A DNA stretch of 64,000 nucleotides from Tissierellia bacterium (GCA_012728335.1 JAAYFG010000055.1:967-64966), one strand, 5' to 3'; counted from the stretch's first letter, positions 1-9,578 are shown. A program made the numbers and translations. The notes: generated from the letters alone by a model not told the origin.

Positions 1-22
1 ATATTAGACAACAGTCTAATAT
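1..22. promoter_or_regulatory. Perfect 9-4-9 inverted repeat ATATTAGAC-aaca-GTCTAATAT immediately upstream of the -35 of the first operon. Candidate operator; may extend beyond the window edge.
   Basis: Arms are exact reverse complements, read directly. Located 6 nt upstream of TTGACA at 28-33. Confidence 0.3.
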
Positions 23-27
23 ATGGA

Positions 28-56
28 TTGACACAAACCTAATATGATTGTATAAT
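28..56 (+). promoter_or_regulatory. SigmaA-type promoter (TTGACA - 17 nt - TATAAT)
   Basis: TTGACA 28-33, 17-nt spacer, TATAAT 51-56. Lies about 28 nt upstream of the start codon at 84. Confidence 0.55.
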
Positions 57-83
57 ATAAAATAATGAACGGGGAGATTTATT

Positions 84-1187
84 ATGGAACTAATATTACA
101 TGAAAAACCAAATCTTTTAATCGAAGCAGTAAAACTTATAGATGCAGCCAATGAACACATTATTGGTGAGGAAGTAAAATTTATAAATAAGCCATATAAA
201 GTTGGAATGAATGAAGAACAAATAAAAGAGAGGTACTCAATCTATATTAATCACAGACAAATATTACTTGATAGGACTAAATCTTTATTAGACCAATATG
301 AAATGTTAAGACCATATCTAGATATGAAAACTGTTGATACTAAAGGAGGAGATAGCTTATTAGCCAGTTCAGTTCTAATCAGTAACATGAATGATGTTAC
401 TAAATTTAGTTTTGAAGAGTTTCTATATAATTCACTTTACGAATTGAGTGGTTATAAGTCTATTGATGACGAAGATTATGAAGAAATAAGAGCAATGAGT
501 ATAGAAAGAGACTTTAGACTAATCTATCAAATGATCCAAATGTCTGGAGTAAACAATGACAAGAAGAGCATCTATTTAGACTATTTTGACAATTTAGAGC
601 TAATTTATAGCAACTATATAGAACTATTAGAAAAAGTATCAGAAGTATATTTAGACAATTATTATATGGTTGAAGAAGAAGTAAATAAACATATTGAAAG
701 TCTAAGATCATACGATGATTTACTTGAAGAATTGGTATATCCGATGTTCAATATAGATAAATCCATATTTAGAGAAGCGAAAGTAATAGACTACTATGTT
801 TCTATAATTGGATTTAATGGGTTTTCATTTGTATTTGCAGATATGAAAAATAAGAGAGGTTATTTAAATGAAGGTATACTAGTTTTTGAACTCAATGATT
901 TTACAATGAAGAATAGCGGAGAAATAGAAAATATCAGTGAAAAATTAATAGCTTTAGGTGATTCAACCAGACTAAAAATTATTTCCATATTAAATCATAG
1001 TCCTAACTATTTGAAGGAATTAGCAGATAAGCTTGAACTAACTCCGCCAACTGTATCACATCATATACAGGTATTATTAAACAATCAGTTAATTAGTGGG
1101 AAATCAGAGGGTAGAAAAGTATATTACTATATAAATAAAGACACTATGATGAGTATATCTAAAATTTTTGCTCAACAGGGGAAATAA
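84..1187 (+). CDS. ArsR/SmtB-type winged-HTH transcriptional regulator with a large (~280 aa) uncharacterised N-terminal domain
   Basis: C-terminal LGDSTRLKIISILNHSPNYLKELADKLELTPPTVSHHIQVL matches the ArsR HTH signature. GGGGAG SD lies 7 nt before the ATG. The N-terminal region has no motif I recognise. Confidence 0.7.
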   Translation: MELILHEKPNLLIEAVKLIDAANEHIIGEEVKFINKPYKVGMNEEQIKERYSIYINHRQILLDRTKSLLDQYEMLRPYLDMKTVDTKGGDSLLASSVLISNMNDVTKFSFEEFLYNSLYELSGYKSIDDEDYEEIRAMSIERDFRLIYQMIQMSGVNNDKKSIYLDYFDNLELIYSNYIELLEKVSEVYLDNYYMVEEEVNKHIESLRSYDDLLEELVYPMFNIDKSIFREAKVIDYYVSIIGFNGFSFVFADMKNKRGYLNEGILVFELNDFTMKNSGEIENISEKLIALGDSTRLKIISILNHSPNYLKELADKLELTPPTVSHHIQVLLNNQLISGKSEGRKVYYYINKDTMMSISKIFAQQGK

Positions 1188-1208
1188 GTCATTTGAGGAG
1201 GCGATAAT

Positions 1209-2936
1209 ATGTTGGAACAAATAGAGTTTATGAAGAAAAGCATAAGTGATGCAATGTATTATGCTAGACATGGAGAAGTTAAAAGAGATATAGGTATTTT
1301 AGTGGTTTTCTATTTAATAATTTCCATAATCAATATATTCGTATCGAGATTATTTTCTGAACTATTAGATGGAACAGTAAATGGTATAGGTTTTAACCTT
1401 ATAGCGGGAAGTCTAATTGCATATGGTGGTGCAAGGCTATTATTAATCGTAAATGGATATTTAACAAATATTTTGAGTATGAATATGATTAAAAAGCTTA
1501 CTTTTAATTTTAGACAAATCACAGTAAAATCTCTACTGAATGCCGACTATCAGTGGCTTCAATCCAATAGGACAGGAGATTTAATAGGTAGATTACAAGA
1601 AAGCATAGGGAGCCTATCGACGGCGGTAGGGGAGTTCATTCCAGATATAATAAGACGGTTAATAGCTAGTGGAATATCTATAGTAGTATTAATTTACTTA
1701 AGTTTAAATATGGGATTAATATTCTTAGTAGTTGTGTTATTTATGTTGTATTTTCAAATGTTTGGTGGCTTTCACTCTGAAAAACCACTATATGAAATGA
1801 ATCAAAAAAAAGGTGATAGGAATGCACTTTACTACGATCTTATAGCGAATGATAAAACAGTCCAGGTATTTAAGATGGATACATATGTGGATAAGTGGCT
1901 TAATGAAAAAATCAATATTTTTATAAAAGCTATGACAAAAGCAATGATGTTATTGTCTTTATCTTTTACTCCGGCAAGTATGTTTAATCAATTGTGTGTA
2001 ATTGTACCTGCATTGTTGGGAAGTAAGATGGTTTTAGGTAATAGCATAGATTTACAGGAATACATAATGGCAATGTCGCTAATTACAATAGCTTCCAAGG
2101 AATTAAACGGACTTAGCAATGCTTATGCAAATATACCTAATTTATTGTCAAATGGAAAGAGAATAAAGGAAATTTGGGATGCTCCTAAAGAGCAAACTGG
2201 AACAATAGTTGAAAAGAAAGACGAAAAAACTGTAGTAGATATAGAAAATTGTTTCTTCAAATACGATGGGAACGACGATTATACTATTCATGGAATTGAC
2301 TTTAAAGTAAAAAAGGGTGAAAAAGTCGCATTAGTAGGAAAAAGTGGATGCGGCAAAAGCACGCTTTTAAAATTACTATCAGGGATATACCCAAAATATG
2401 ATGGGAAATTCAACTTATGGGGAAATGATTTAAATTCTTATGATAAAGAGTCTTTGTATAGATATATGGGCTTTGTACCTCAGGAATCAAATTTATTTAA
2501 AGATACCATTTACAATAATTTAGTCTTAGATAATAATATTTCAGATAGTGAATTGAGAGATGTGCTAAAAAGCTTAAGACTAGAAAGCTTTTTGGATAAA
2601 CTAGATACTGATATAACAGAGTTTGGTGACAATGTTTCAGGTGGAGAAAAGCAGCGTTTATCTATTGCTAGGTCTATACTTCAAAAACCGGATTTACTGC
2701 TATTAGATGAGGTTACTAGTGCATTAGACGTGGCAGTTGAGAAAATTGTTAATGAGTATTTACTATCATTTGAAGAATTGACAGTAGTTTCTATAATACA
2801 TAAACTTCCACTTACTGAAAATTACGATAGGATTATAGTAATGGATAGAGGTAAAATTGTAGAAGACGGTAAATATGATGACCTCATTAAATCTAAAGGA
2901 TTTTTCCATGAACTTATAATGGGAGGTGGACAGTAA
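1209..2936 (+). CDS. ABC exporter half-transporter (fused TMD-NBD, type I exporter)
   Basis: Walker A GKSGCGKST, signature VSGGEKQR, Walker B LLLLDE, N-terminal multi-TM domain. GAGGAGG SD. Confidence 0.85.
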   Translation: MLEQIEFMKKSISDAMYYARHGEVKRDIGILVVFYLIISIINIFVSRLFSELLDGTVNGIGFNLIAGSLIAYGGARLLLIVNGYLTNILSMNMIKKLTFNFRQITVKSLLNADYQWLQSNRTGDLIGRLQESIGSLSTAVGEFIPDIIRRLIASGISIVVLIYLSLNMGLIFLVVVLFMLYFQMFGGFHSEKPLYEMNQKKGDRNALYYDLIANDKTVQVFKMDTYVDKWLNEKINIFIKAMTKAMMLLSLSFTPASMFNQLCVIVPALLGSKMVLGNSIDLQEYIMAMSLITIASKELNGLSNAYANIPNLLSNGKRIKEIWDAPKEQTGTIVEKKDEKTVVDIENCFFKYDGNDDYTIHGIDFKVKKGEKVALVGKSGCGKSTLLKLLSGIYPKYDGKFNLWGNDLNSYDKESLYRYMGFVPQESNLFKDTIYNNLVLDNNISDSELRDVLKSLRLESFLDKLDTDITEFGDNVSGGEKQRLSIARSILQKPDLLLLDEVTSALDVAVEKIVNEYLLSFEELTVVSIIHKLPLTENYDRIIVMDRGKIVEDGKYDDLIKSKGFFHELIMGGGQ

Positions 2937-3085
2937 TGGCTTAAAAAGTAAAAGACAGTAAAAATACAACAATATCTCAAATAAAGAGACTCATTACTGT
3001 AAATAAACCTATTTTTGTCGTTTCGGTAATTGGAGCGATAATAACTTCACTTCCATTTTTTTTCTCTACTTATCTCGTTTCATTT

Positions 3086-4675
3086 GTGCAAAAGCTATCT
3101 ATAGATTATGCTGTTGCAGGGAAAAATGTATTGGAAAATGGACTTATTATATTACTTGCAGTTTTTACGATAAGACTTCCAATGGTCATAGGTTTTGGGG
3201 TGAACTCTTGGGCTAGTGAAAAGGCTTCAAATATGATTCAAATGGATTTAGTGAAGAAGTGGATTTATAGAAATTTAGATAAAGATAGTAAGTATACTTC
3301 TGGGGATATTATGACTAGACTTACTAATGATTCAGATGTTTTATCGCATTTCTATTTTCAAGGTTTTGGATTGACTGTAGTCGAGCCCATATTGTTGGGA
3401 ATTATGTCTATGATAGTGATATATAGAATAGATAGTAAATTTTTAATTGCATCTATATTAATAGGTGGAATTTCGTCGGGAATTTCATTACTTTTTACAA
3501 ATAAGATAAAAACTGCTCAAAACATTAGACAGGACTATAGTGGTAGGTTTACAGATGTGTTTTCCGAAAACCTTAGGAATATACTTACTGTTAAAACTAT
3601 GAATTTAAAGGCTACTAGAATTGACAAGTTCGACTATTATAGTGAAAAAGAAATAGATATGTGGAAGAGGACAGAGTCATATCAAATTCTATTGAAAAAC
3701 TTATCATTATTGACTGAGTTAATCAATTTACTAATCAGCTTTATAATCGGTTTTTACATAGTTGGTTTTAATTTCACCAATATTCTAATTATCGTTCAAA
3801 TGCAAGTGTTTGTGAATAGTATGCTATCTAATTTTGGTAATATGTGGAACTTTTTGGCGACTATATCCGTATATACTAGTAGAATATTTGAAGTTATAGA
3901 CCATTTTGAAGATAGTTCCAATTTAGTGGAGTCTGATATCAAACTAGAAGACGAGTACGATATAGAGATGAGTGACATTAATTATTCATACGGAGATAAC
4001 AAAGTTCTTAATGGAGTAAATATGAGATTGGAAACTGGTAAAATTACTGTGATATTAGGTGAAACAGGTTCTGGTAAATCGACTCTTTTCGATATTATTT
4101 CAGGCTTTAAATCAGATTATAGTGGGAATTATAATATAAATGGAATGGACTTTCGAGAGTATAGTAGAGCAGACAAATATAAGTTAATAAAACTGTTTGA
4201 ACAGACTCCTGCACTATTTAATGTAAGTGTTAGGGATAATATTCAAATAGCATCAAAAAATGCTTTAGACGACGATATGCTTAGCCTATATGCAGATAGA
4301 GTAGGAATGAATAGATTAAAAGACTTGTCTGAAAGATTTGAAACCGAAATAGGAGAATTGGGAACGAGTTTTTCTGGAGGAGAGAAGCAAAGAATTGCAC
4401 TAATGAGACTATTCCCTATAAAAGCACCAATAATACTGCTTGATGAACCAACATCTTCCCTAGACAGTTTAAACGAAGAATTAGTCTGCAAGGCTATCTC
4501 TGAGGAAAAGTCAGGTAAGATAATATTGATAATATCACACAGGATGAAATTGTTAGAAATAGCAGATGAAATATATGTTTTGAAAGATGGAGAATTTATT
4601 GAAAATGGCTCGTATGAAGAGTTAATAAATGAAAAGGGATATTTTTATAAACATTATTATAAGCAAACTTCATAG
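3086..4675 (+). CDS. ABC exporter half-transporter, probable heterodimer partner of 1209..2936. The 5' end is problematic (see finding).
   Basis: Walker A GETGSGKST, signature FSGGEKQR, Walker B ILLDE. The called GTG start has no SD. In-frame upstream codons 2945-3085 encode a typical exporter N-terminus and TM1, but are cut off by TAA at 2942-2944. Confidence 0.7.
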   Translation: MQKLSIDYAVAGKNVLENGLIILLAVFTIRLPMVIGFGVNSWASEKASNMIQMDLVKKWIYRNLDKDSKYTSGDIMTRLTNDSDVLSHFYFQGFGLTVVEPILLGIMSMIVIYRIDSKFLIASILIGGISSGISLLFTNKIKTAQNIRQDYSGRFTDVFSENLRNILTVKTMNLKATRIDKFDYYSEKEIDMWKRTESYQILLKNLSLLTELINLLISFIIGFYIVGFNFTNILIIVQMQVFVNSMLSNFGNMWNFLATISVYTSRIFEVIDHFEDSSNLVESDIKLEDEYDIEMSDINYSYGDNKVLNGVNMRLETGKITVILGETGSGKSTLFDIISGFKSDYSGNYNINGMDFREYSRADKYKLIKLFEQTPALFNVSVRDNIQIASKNALDDDMLSLYADRVGMNRLKDLSERFETEIGELGTSFSGGEKQRIALMRLFPIKAPIILLDEPTSSLDSLNEELVCKAISEEKSGKIILIISHRMKLLEIADEIYVLKDGEFIENGSYEELINEKGYFYKHYYKQTS

Positions 4676-4688
4676 ATAAGTATCGTAT

Positions 4689-4722
4689 AAAAACTAGATA
4701 GTTAAGCTGTCTAGTTTTTATT
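4689..4722 (+). terminator. Rho-independent terminator
   Basis: AAAAACTAGA...TCTAGTTTTT stem followed by a T-run, directly after the stop at 4675. Confidence 0.7.
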
Positions 4723-4760
4723 TAATTATATTGAAATAGTTAAGTAGAGATAAAATACAT

Positions 4761-4789
4761 TTACATACAATTTGTATGTGTGGTATAAT
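4761..4789 (+). promoter_or_regulatory. Extended -10 promoter (TGgTATAAT) overlapped by a perfect 8-1-8 palindrome ACATACAA-t-TTGTATGT (4763-4779)
   Basis: TG 4781-4782, TATAAT 4784-4789, weak -35 TTACAT 4761-4766. Palindrome arms are exact reverse complements. Confidence 0.45.
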
Positions 4790-4817
4790 TTTAGTATTAT
4801 AATTAAGGAGGTATTTT

Positions 4818-6872
4818 ATGAAAAGACGTATTTATCTATTTCTAGCTTTCGTATTTCTATTAACTGGCGTTAATGGAATTACAGCGAATGCAGAAGAATC
4901 AATTAAAGTGTTGATTAATAATGAAGCCACAGAACTTAATAATAAAGTTTTAGCAGAAGATGGACAGGTATTAGTTCCACTTAGAGAAATTGCTGAAAAA
5001 TTAGGTTATGAAGTAAATTGGAATCAAGAAGAAAAGAAAGTAACTCTAAATAAGGATACAGAGGATTTTGAGCTAACTCTGAACAAAAATGCATTAGTAC
5101 ATAATAAAAAAGAAGAAACTATGGAAAATGTAGTTGTAATCAAAGGCGATAACACATATGTACCAGTTGAATTCTTTGGAAATCATTTTGGTACAGTAGC
5201 TGCTTGGGATACGGGAAGAAACACTGTTTCCATAAGCGAAAAAAGAGCATTGAGTGAAGATATATTCAAAATGTCTGCAGATGCAACAGTATCAGGAAAT
5301 CTGAAAAAGTTTATGGAATTATACTCTGAGAAACAAAATATGAGTGGTTCAGTATTGGTTGCAAAAGACAATAAAGTACTATTAAACGAAGGATTTGGCA
5401 AGAGTGATGAAGCGTTAAATATCAAAGCAAATAGCCAAACTAAATATGGTATTGGATCAATGACAAAACAGTTCACTGCAACTGCTATTATGCAATTAGT
5501 AGAAACAGGCAAAGTTGATTTAAATGATAAAGTGTCTAAATATATTGATGGTCTAAAACATGGTGATGAAATAACTGTAGAGCAGTTATTAACACATACT
5601 TCTGGACTTGTAAATGTAACAGATTTACCAGATTTTTATGGAATGACAGACACTACTCCTCAAACAATAGTTGATATGATGAAAAATATGGATTTGATGG
5701 GAGTTCCAGGAGAAAACTTTGTTTACAATAACACTGGTTATATATTACTTGGAATGATAGTTGAAAAAGTATCTGGAGAAACTCTTGAAAACTATTTTAA
5801 TAATAATTTCTTTGAAAAGCTTAATATGTTAGATACTGGTTCAGCATACGGAGAAAAAGAAGGAGACATCCTAGCTACTCCTTATGTAGGGTATATCGAT
5901 CATATAGTGATAGATGATAAACCTCTTTTAGAAAATGTTTATGGCGCAGGAAATGTGTATTCAACAGTTGAAGACATATATCGTTGGAGCAATGCAATAG
6001 AAGGAGAGGAAATTCTATCTAAAGAGTCAAAAGACAAGATGTTTAGTGGTCATTCAGTAATGGGTGAAAATCTAAAATATGGTTATGGATGGATGATTCA
6101 AGAAGATGATGGAGGAGACGTTCATTTCCACGGTGGAGACACACTTGGATATGCTGCAATGCTTATGAAATTACCTGAAACAGATGTAGATATTGTAGTT
6201 CTTACTAACAGAAGACTTAATAATGCAACTGGTATTGCTTTTGCTTTAGAAAGTATAGTTTCAGGAAGTGACACACCTCTAGAAAACATTCCGGAGTTCC
6301 CTACAAAAGTAGATATAAAACCGGAAGAACTTAAGAAATACATTGGAGTTTATAATCTTGCAGATCCAATGACAGGAACTGATTTACCTTTAAAAGTATT
6401 TGTTGAAGAAAATAAACTTTGGGGATTAGTAGAAGGACAAGAAAAGTTTGAACTTATTTATAAAGGCGAAAACTCATTCTTCAATAACTTAACTGATTTA
6501 AGTATAGAATTTGTGTTCAATGAAGAAGGTAAAGCGATACAAATGGTTTACACTCAAATGGGTATGATTATGAAAGGTTACCATGAAGATTATACCCCTG
6601 AAGAAGTTGTAGTAGCTCCAGAAACACTTGAAAAGTATGTGGGAGTATATCAATTAGTAGAAGGATTTGATTTAACTATTACAGTTGCAGACGGAAATAT
6701 GTACGCTCAAGCTACTGGACAAGATGCAATTCAAGTTTTCCCTGCTTCAGATAATGTATTTGAATATACAATAATAAATGCAAATATTGAATTTGTTACT
6801 GGTGAAGATGGAAATGTTAATTCTATAGTATTTACACAAGATGGAAATGTTATGAATGGAACTAGAAAGTAA
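4818..6872 (+). CDS. Secreted multidomain serine hydrolase. Domains: signal peptide, copper-amine-oxidase-N-like stalk domain, class C beta-lactamase/PBP-like domain, two C-terminal ~85-aa repeats.
   Basis: Signal peptide MKRRIYLFLAFVFLLTGVNGITANA. S-x-x-K motif SMTK and Y-x-N motif YNN. Stalk-domain-like VLVPLREIAEKLGYEVNWNQEEKKVTL. Tandem repeats start at PEELKKYIGVY and PETLEKYVGVY. Confidence 0.75.
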   Translation: MKRRIYLFLAFVFLLTGVNGITANAEESIKVLINNEATELNNKVLAEDGQVLVPLREIAEKLGYEVNWNQEEKKVTLNKDTEDFELTLNKNALVHNKKEETMENVVVIKGDNTYVPVEFFGNHFGTVAAWDTGRNTVSISEKRALSEDIFKMSADATVSGNLKKFMELYSEKQNMSGSVLVAKDNKVLLNEGFGKSDEALNIKANSQTKYGIGSMTKQFTATAIMQLVETGKVDLNDKVSKYIDGLKHGDEITVEQLLTHTSGLVNVTDLPDFYGMTDTTPQTIVDMMKNMDLMGVPGENFVYNNTGYILLGMIVEKVSGETLENYFNNNFFEKLNMLDTGSAYGEKEGDILATPYVGYIDHIVIDDKPLLENVYGAGNVYSTVEDIYRWSNAIEGEEILSKESKDKMFSGHSVMGENLKYGYGWMIQEDDGGDVHFHGGDTLGYAAMLMKLPETDVDIVVLTNRRLNNATGIAFALESIVSGSDTPLENIPEFPTKVDIKPEELKKYIGVYNLADPMTGTDLPLKVFVEENKLWGLVEGQEKFELIYKGENSFFNNLTDLSIEFVFNEEGKAIQMVYTQMGMIMKGYHEDYTPEEVVVAPETLEKYVGVYQLVEGFDLTITVADGNMYAQATGQDAIQVFPASDNVFEYTIINANIEFVTGEDGNVNSIVFTQDGNVMNGTRK

Positions 6873-6961
6873 ATTAGAAGAGAATGGGCAGAAATGCTCG
6901 TTCTTTTTTATTGTCCTAATACTAGATTAATCGTATAATATTGTAATGAAAAGAGGTTTAT

Positions 6962-7429
6962 ATGATGGATGGTTATACAATAGAAAAAATTGAAAACAGC
7001 GACAAGAAAAGTGAAATAGTAAATGAAATCTTAAGGGATTTGCCTGATTGGTTCGGAATAGAAGCAAGTTTGAATGAATATGTAGAATCAGCAAAGAATT
7101 TGGAACTATGGGCTGCTAAGAACGATGTAGAAATAATTGGGTTTGTTGCGATTGGAGCAACGAGTGAATATACATGCGAAATCAATTCTATGGGTATAAA
7201 AAAGGAGTTTCATAGAAAAGGTATAGGCAGGAAATTACTAAGTACAGCAGAGAAAGCACTTAAGGATAAATACAAACTCATTCAAGTCAAGACAGTAGAT
7301 GAAGGGCGATATCTTGAATACGATAGAACGATTGCTTTCTATGAAAGTATGGGGTTTATAAGGCTTGAAGTATTTCCAAGTCTTTGGGATGATTGGAATC
7401 CATGTTTAGTTTTAGTTAAGCAGATGTAA
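6962..7429 (+). CDS. GNAT family N-acetyltransferase
   Basis: Acetyl-CoA motif-A-like FHRKGIGRKLL. Size 155 aa. Confidence 0.7.
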   Translation: MMDGYTIEKIENSDKKSEIVNEILRDLPDWFGIEASLNEYVESAKNLELWAAKNDVEIIGFVAIGATSEYTCEINSMGIKKEFHRKGIGRKLLSTAEKALKDKYKLIQVKTVDEGRYLEYDRTIAFYESMGFIRLEVFPSLWDDWNPCLVLVKQM

Positions 7430-7536
7430 GGATACACTTTTGTAATAGTATTTACAATTTAGTGAATAAATATAAGAAAACTTGATTTTGAAAACCTCCT
7501 CTTATATAATAAGAAAATGCAAAAAAGGAGGAGCTA

Positions 7537-8319
7537 ATGAACGAATCTATAGATGTAAAAGAAAAGGGTATAAATGGATTTCAACTTAAGATTATAGGTG
7601 CGATTTTAATGGTTTTCGATCATATACACCAGATGTTTGTGGGGATGGGTGCACCAAAGTTTTTGAATGCATTGGGGAGACCTGTGGCACCAATATTTTT
7701 ATTTATGGTATCGGAAGGATTTCATTATACTAGAAACAGAGGTAAATATTTATTTAGATTGTGGCTAGCTTATGTGTTGATGGGAATAAGCTCTATGGTA
7801 ATTCAAAGAACTTTTCCATCGGAAATAGTACTTATGAACTCAATATTTGGGACGATGTGTCTAAGCGTATTCTATATGTGGATGATTGATAATATAATAA
7901 ACGGTATAAAGAGTAGAGAAATAAAAAGAGTAGTTTTATCGGTAATAGCGATCATATTATCAATAGCGTCTTCTTATATCCTTATTCTATTATTATCTGT
8001 AAATACGACCATAGCAATGGTATTTACTTTTTTATTTCCGTCACCATTTTTAGTAGAAGGTGGTATAGTATGGATTATCATGGCAGTAGCTTTTTATCTA
8101 TTGAGAAGCAAAGGCAGAGTAGCACAAATGTTGCCGATAGTCGTCATATCGATTATGCTTATAACAAAAGGAGATTATTTACAGTCGCTTATGATTTTCG
8201 CAATAATTCCACTGCTATTATATAATGGGAAACTTGGAAAGAAGAGCAAGTACTTCTTCTATATATTTTATCCGGCACATATATATGCACTGTATTTACT
8301 AGCGTATTTTATACAATAG
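7537..8319 (+). CDS. TraX family membrane protein
   Basis: N-terminal FQLKIIGAILMVFDHI motif typical of TraX family. Polytopic membrane protein. AGGAGG SD. Confidence 0.6.
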   Translation: MNESIDVKEKGINGFQLKIIGAILMVFDHIHQMFVGMGAPKFLNALGRPVAPIFLFMVSEGFHYTRNRGKYLFRLWLAYVLMGISSMVIQRTFPSEIVLMNSIFGTMCLSVFYMWMIDNIINGIKSREIKRVVLSVIAIILSIASSYILILLLSVNTTIAMVFTFLFPSPFLVEGGIVWIIMAVAFYLLRSKGRVAQMLPIVVISIMLITKGDYLQSLMIFAIIPLLLYNGKLGKKSKYFFYIFYPAHIYALYLLAYFIQ

Positions 8320-8411
8320 CAATTATCTAAAGCAGGTACTTAAATGTATTTGCTTTATTTTTTTGCCTTTAGGGTAATTATCAAACAATGAAAAATAAAG
8401 GGGTGCTAGAA

Positions 8412-8606
8412 ATGGATAGAAATAAAAGCAGAATTATTGGAGCATTAATGTTGATAATTGCAATATTATTTGTTGGATTTTCACTGTTTAACCCTCAGGC
8501 TAGTTTTCCTTTTAATATTACAGTCACATACTTTATATATGCGATATACCTTAGTATAATGGTGTATTTATTAATTAAGGGATTTAAGAAAAAAGAGGAT
8601 AAATAG
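8412..8606 (+). CDS. Small two-TM membrane protein (start uncertain: 8388 or 8412)
   Basis: ORF with two hydrophobic segments. AAAGGGG SD precedes ATG 8412. The stop abuts the next gene. Confidence 0.4.
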   Translation: MDRNKSRIIGALMLIIAILFVGFSLFNPQASFPFNITVTYFIYAIYLSIMVYLLIKGFKKKEDK

Positions 8607-9050
8607 ATGGATATTATGGAGATTATAGATGATAAAAAAGCTTATATAGATCTACTTTTACTTGGTGATGAACAAGAAGATATGATAGATAAGTACTTAA
8701 ACATAGGTAAGATGTTTGTATTGTTAGATAAAGGTGCTGTAATAGGTCAATGTGTGGTTACGAATGAAGGTCAAGGAGTATACGAGATAAAAAACATTTC
8801 CGTAAGTGTAGCATATCAAAGGCAAGGATATGGACGTGTTTTACTAGATTATGTGTATAACTATTTTGGTGATTTAAATGCCTTATACGTTGGAACTGGA
8901 GATAGTCAAAAGACCATTGTCTTTTATGAAGCATGTGGATTTGTTAAGTCACATATAGTTGAGAATTTCTTTACTGATAACTATAATCATGAAATAGTAG
9001 AAGATGGACATATATTGAAAGACATGGTTTATTTAAGAAGAAGTAAATAA
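8607..9050 (+). CDS. GNAT family N-acetyltransferase
   Basis: YQRQGYGRVLL motif A. 147 aa. AAGAGGA SD. Confidence 0.7.
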   Translation: MDIMEIIDDKKAYIDLLLLGDEQEDMIDKYLNIGKMFVLLDKGAVIGQCVVTNEGQGVYEIKNISVSVAYQRQGYGRVLLDYVYNYFGDLNALYVGTGDSQKTIVFYEACGFVKSHIVENFFTDNYNHEIVEDGHILKDMVYLRRSK

Positions 9051-9060
9051 AGGAGCTATT

Positions 9061-9486
9061 ATGGAAATAAGAGAACACAAGCCTGAAGATTTAGATAGAA
9101 TTTTGGAGATATGGCTTAATTCAAACATTGATGCACATAATTTTATTGATGAATCCTATTGGACAGGAAACTATGAAATGGTTAAGGAGTTGCTACCTAA
9201 GTCTAAAATTCATGTATATACAGTAGATGGAATAATTGTAGGATTTATTGGATTAAAAGAAGGAAAAATAGAAGGATTATTTGTTGATGAAAATTATAGA
9301 AATCGTGGAATAGGAAAGGCCTTAATGGATAAAGTGAAATCTAAAAATAGCAAATTAGAATTGTATGTCTTTAAGAAAAATGAGGAGGCAAGAAGATTTT
9401 ACAAGAGAGAAGGCTTCATAGAAATACTTGAAGAACTTGAAGACGAAAGTGGTGAAATGGGAATTTTAATGAGATATACTAGATGA
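9061..9486 (+). CDS. GNAT family N-acetyltransferase
   Basis: YRNRGIGKALM motif A. 141 aa. AAGGAG SD. Ends with TGA. Confidence 0.7.
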   Translation: MEIREHKPEDLDRILEIWLNSNIDAHNFIDESYWTGNYEMVKELLPKSKIHVYTVDGIIVGFIGLKEGKIEGLFVDENYRNRGIGKALMDKVKSKNSKLELYVFKKNEEARRFYKREGFIEILEELEDESGEMGILMRYTR

Positions 9487-9554
9487 TATATTACATTTGC
9501 GTGATACTACTGTATTAAATGTAGATTATTAAGCCAATCTGTGCTATATTCTAT

Positions 9555-9578
9555 TTAGCTTTATCATGATAAAGCTAA
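9555..9578. promoter_or_regulatory. Perfect 24-bp palindrome TTAGCTTTATCA|TGATAAAGCTAA between a TATATT -10-like hexamer and the MFS gene. Candidate operator.
   Basis: Both halves are exact reverse complements. No T-run follows, so it is not a terminator. Confidence 0.35.
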
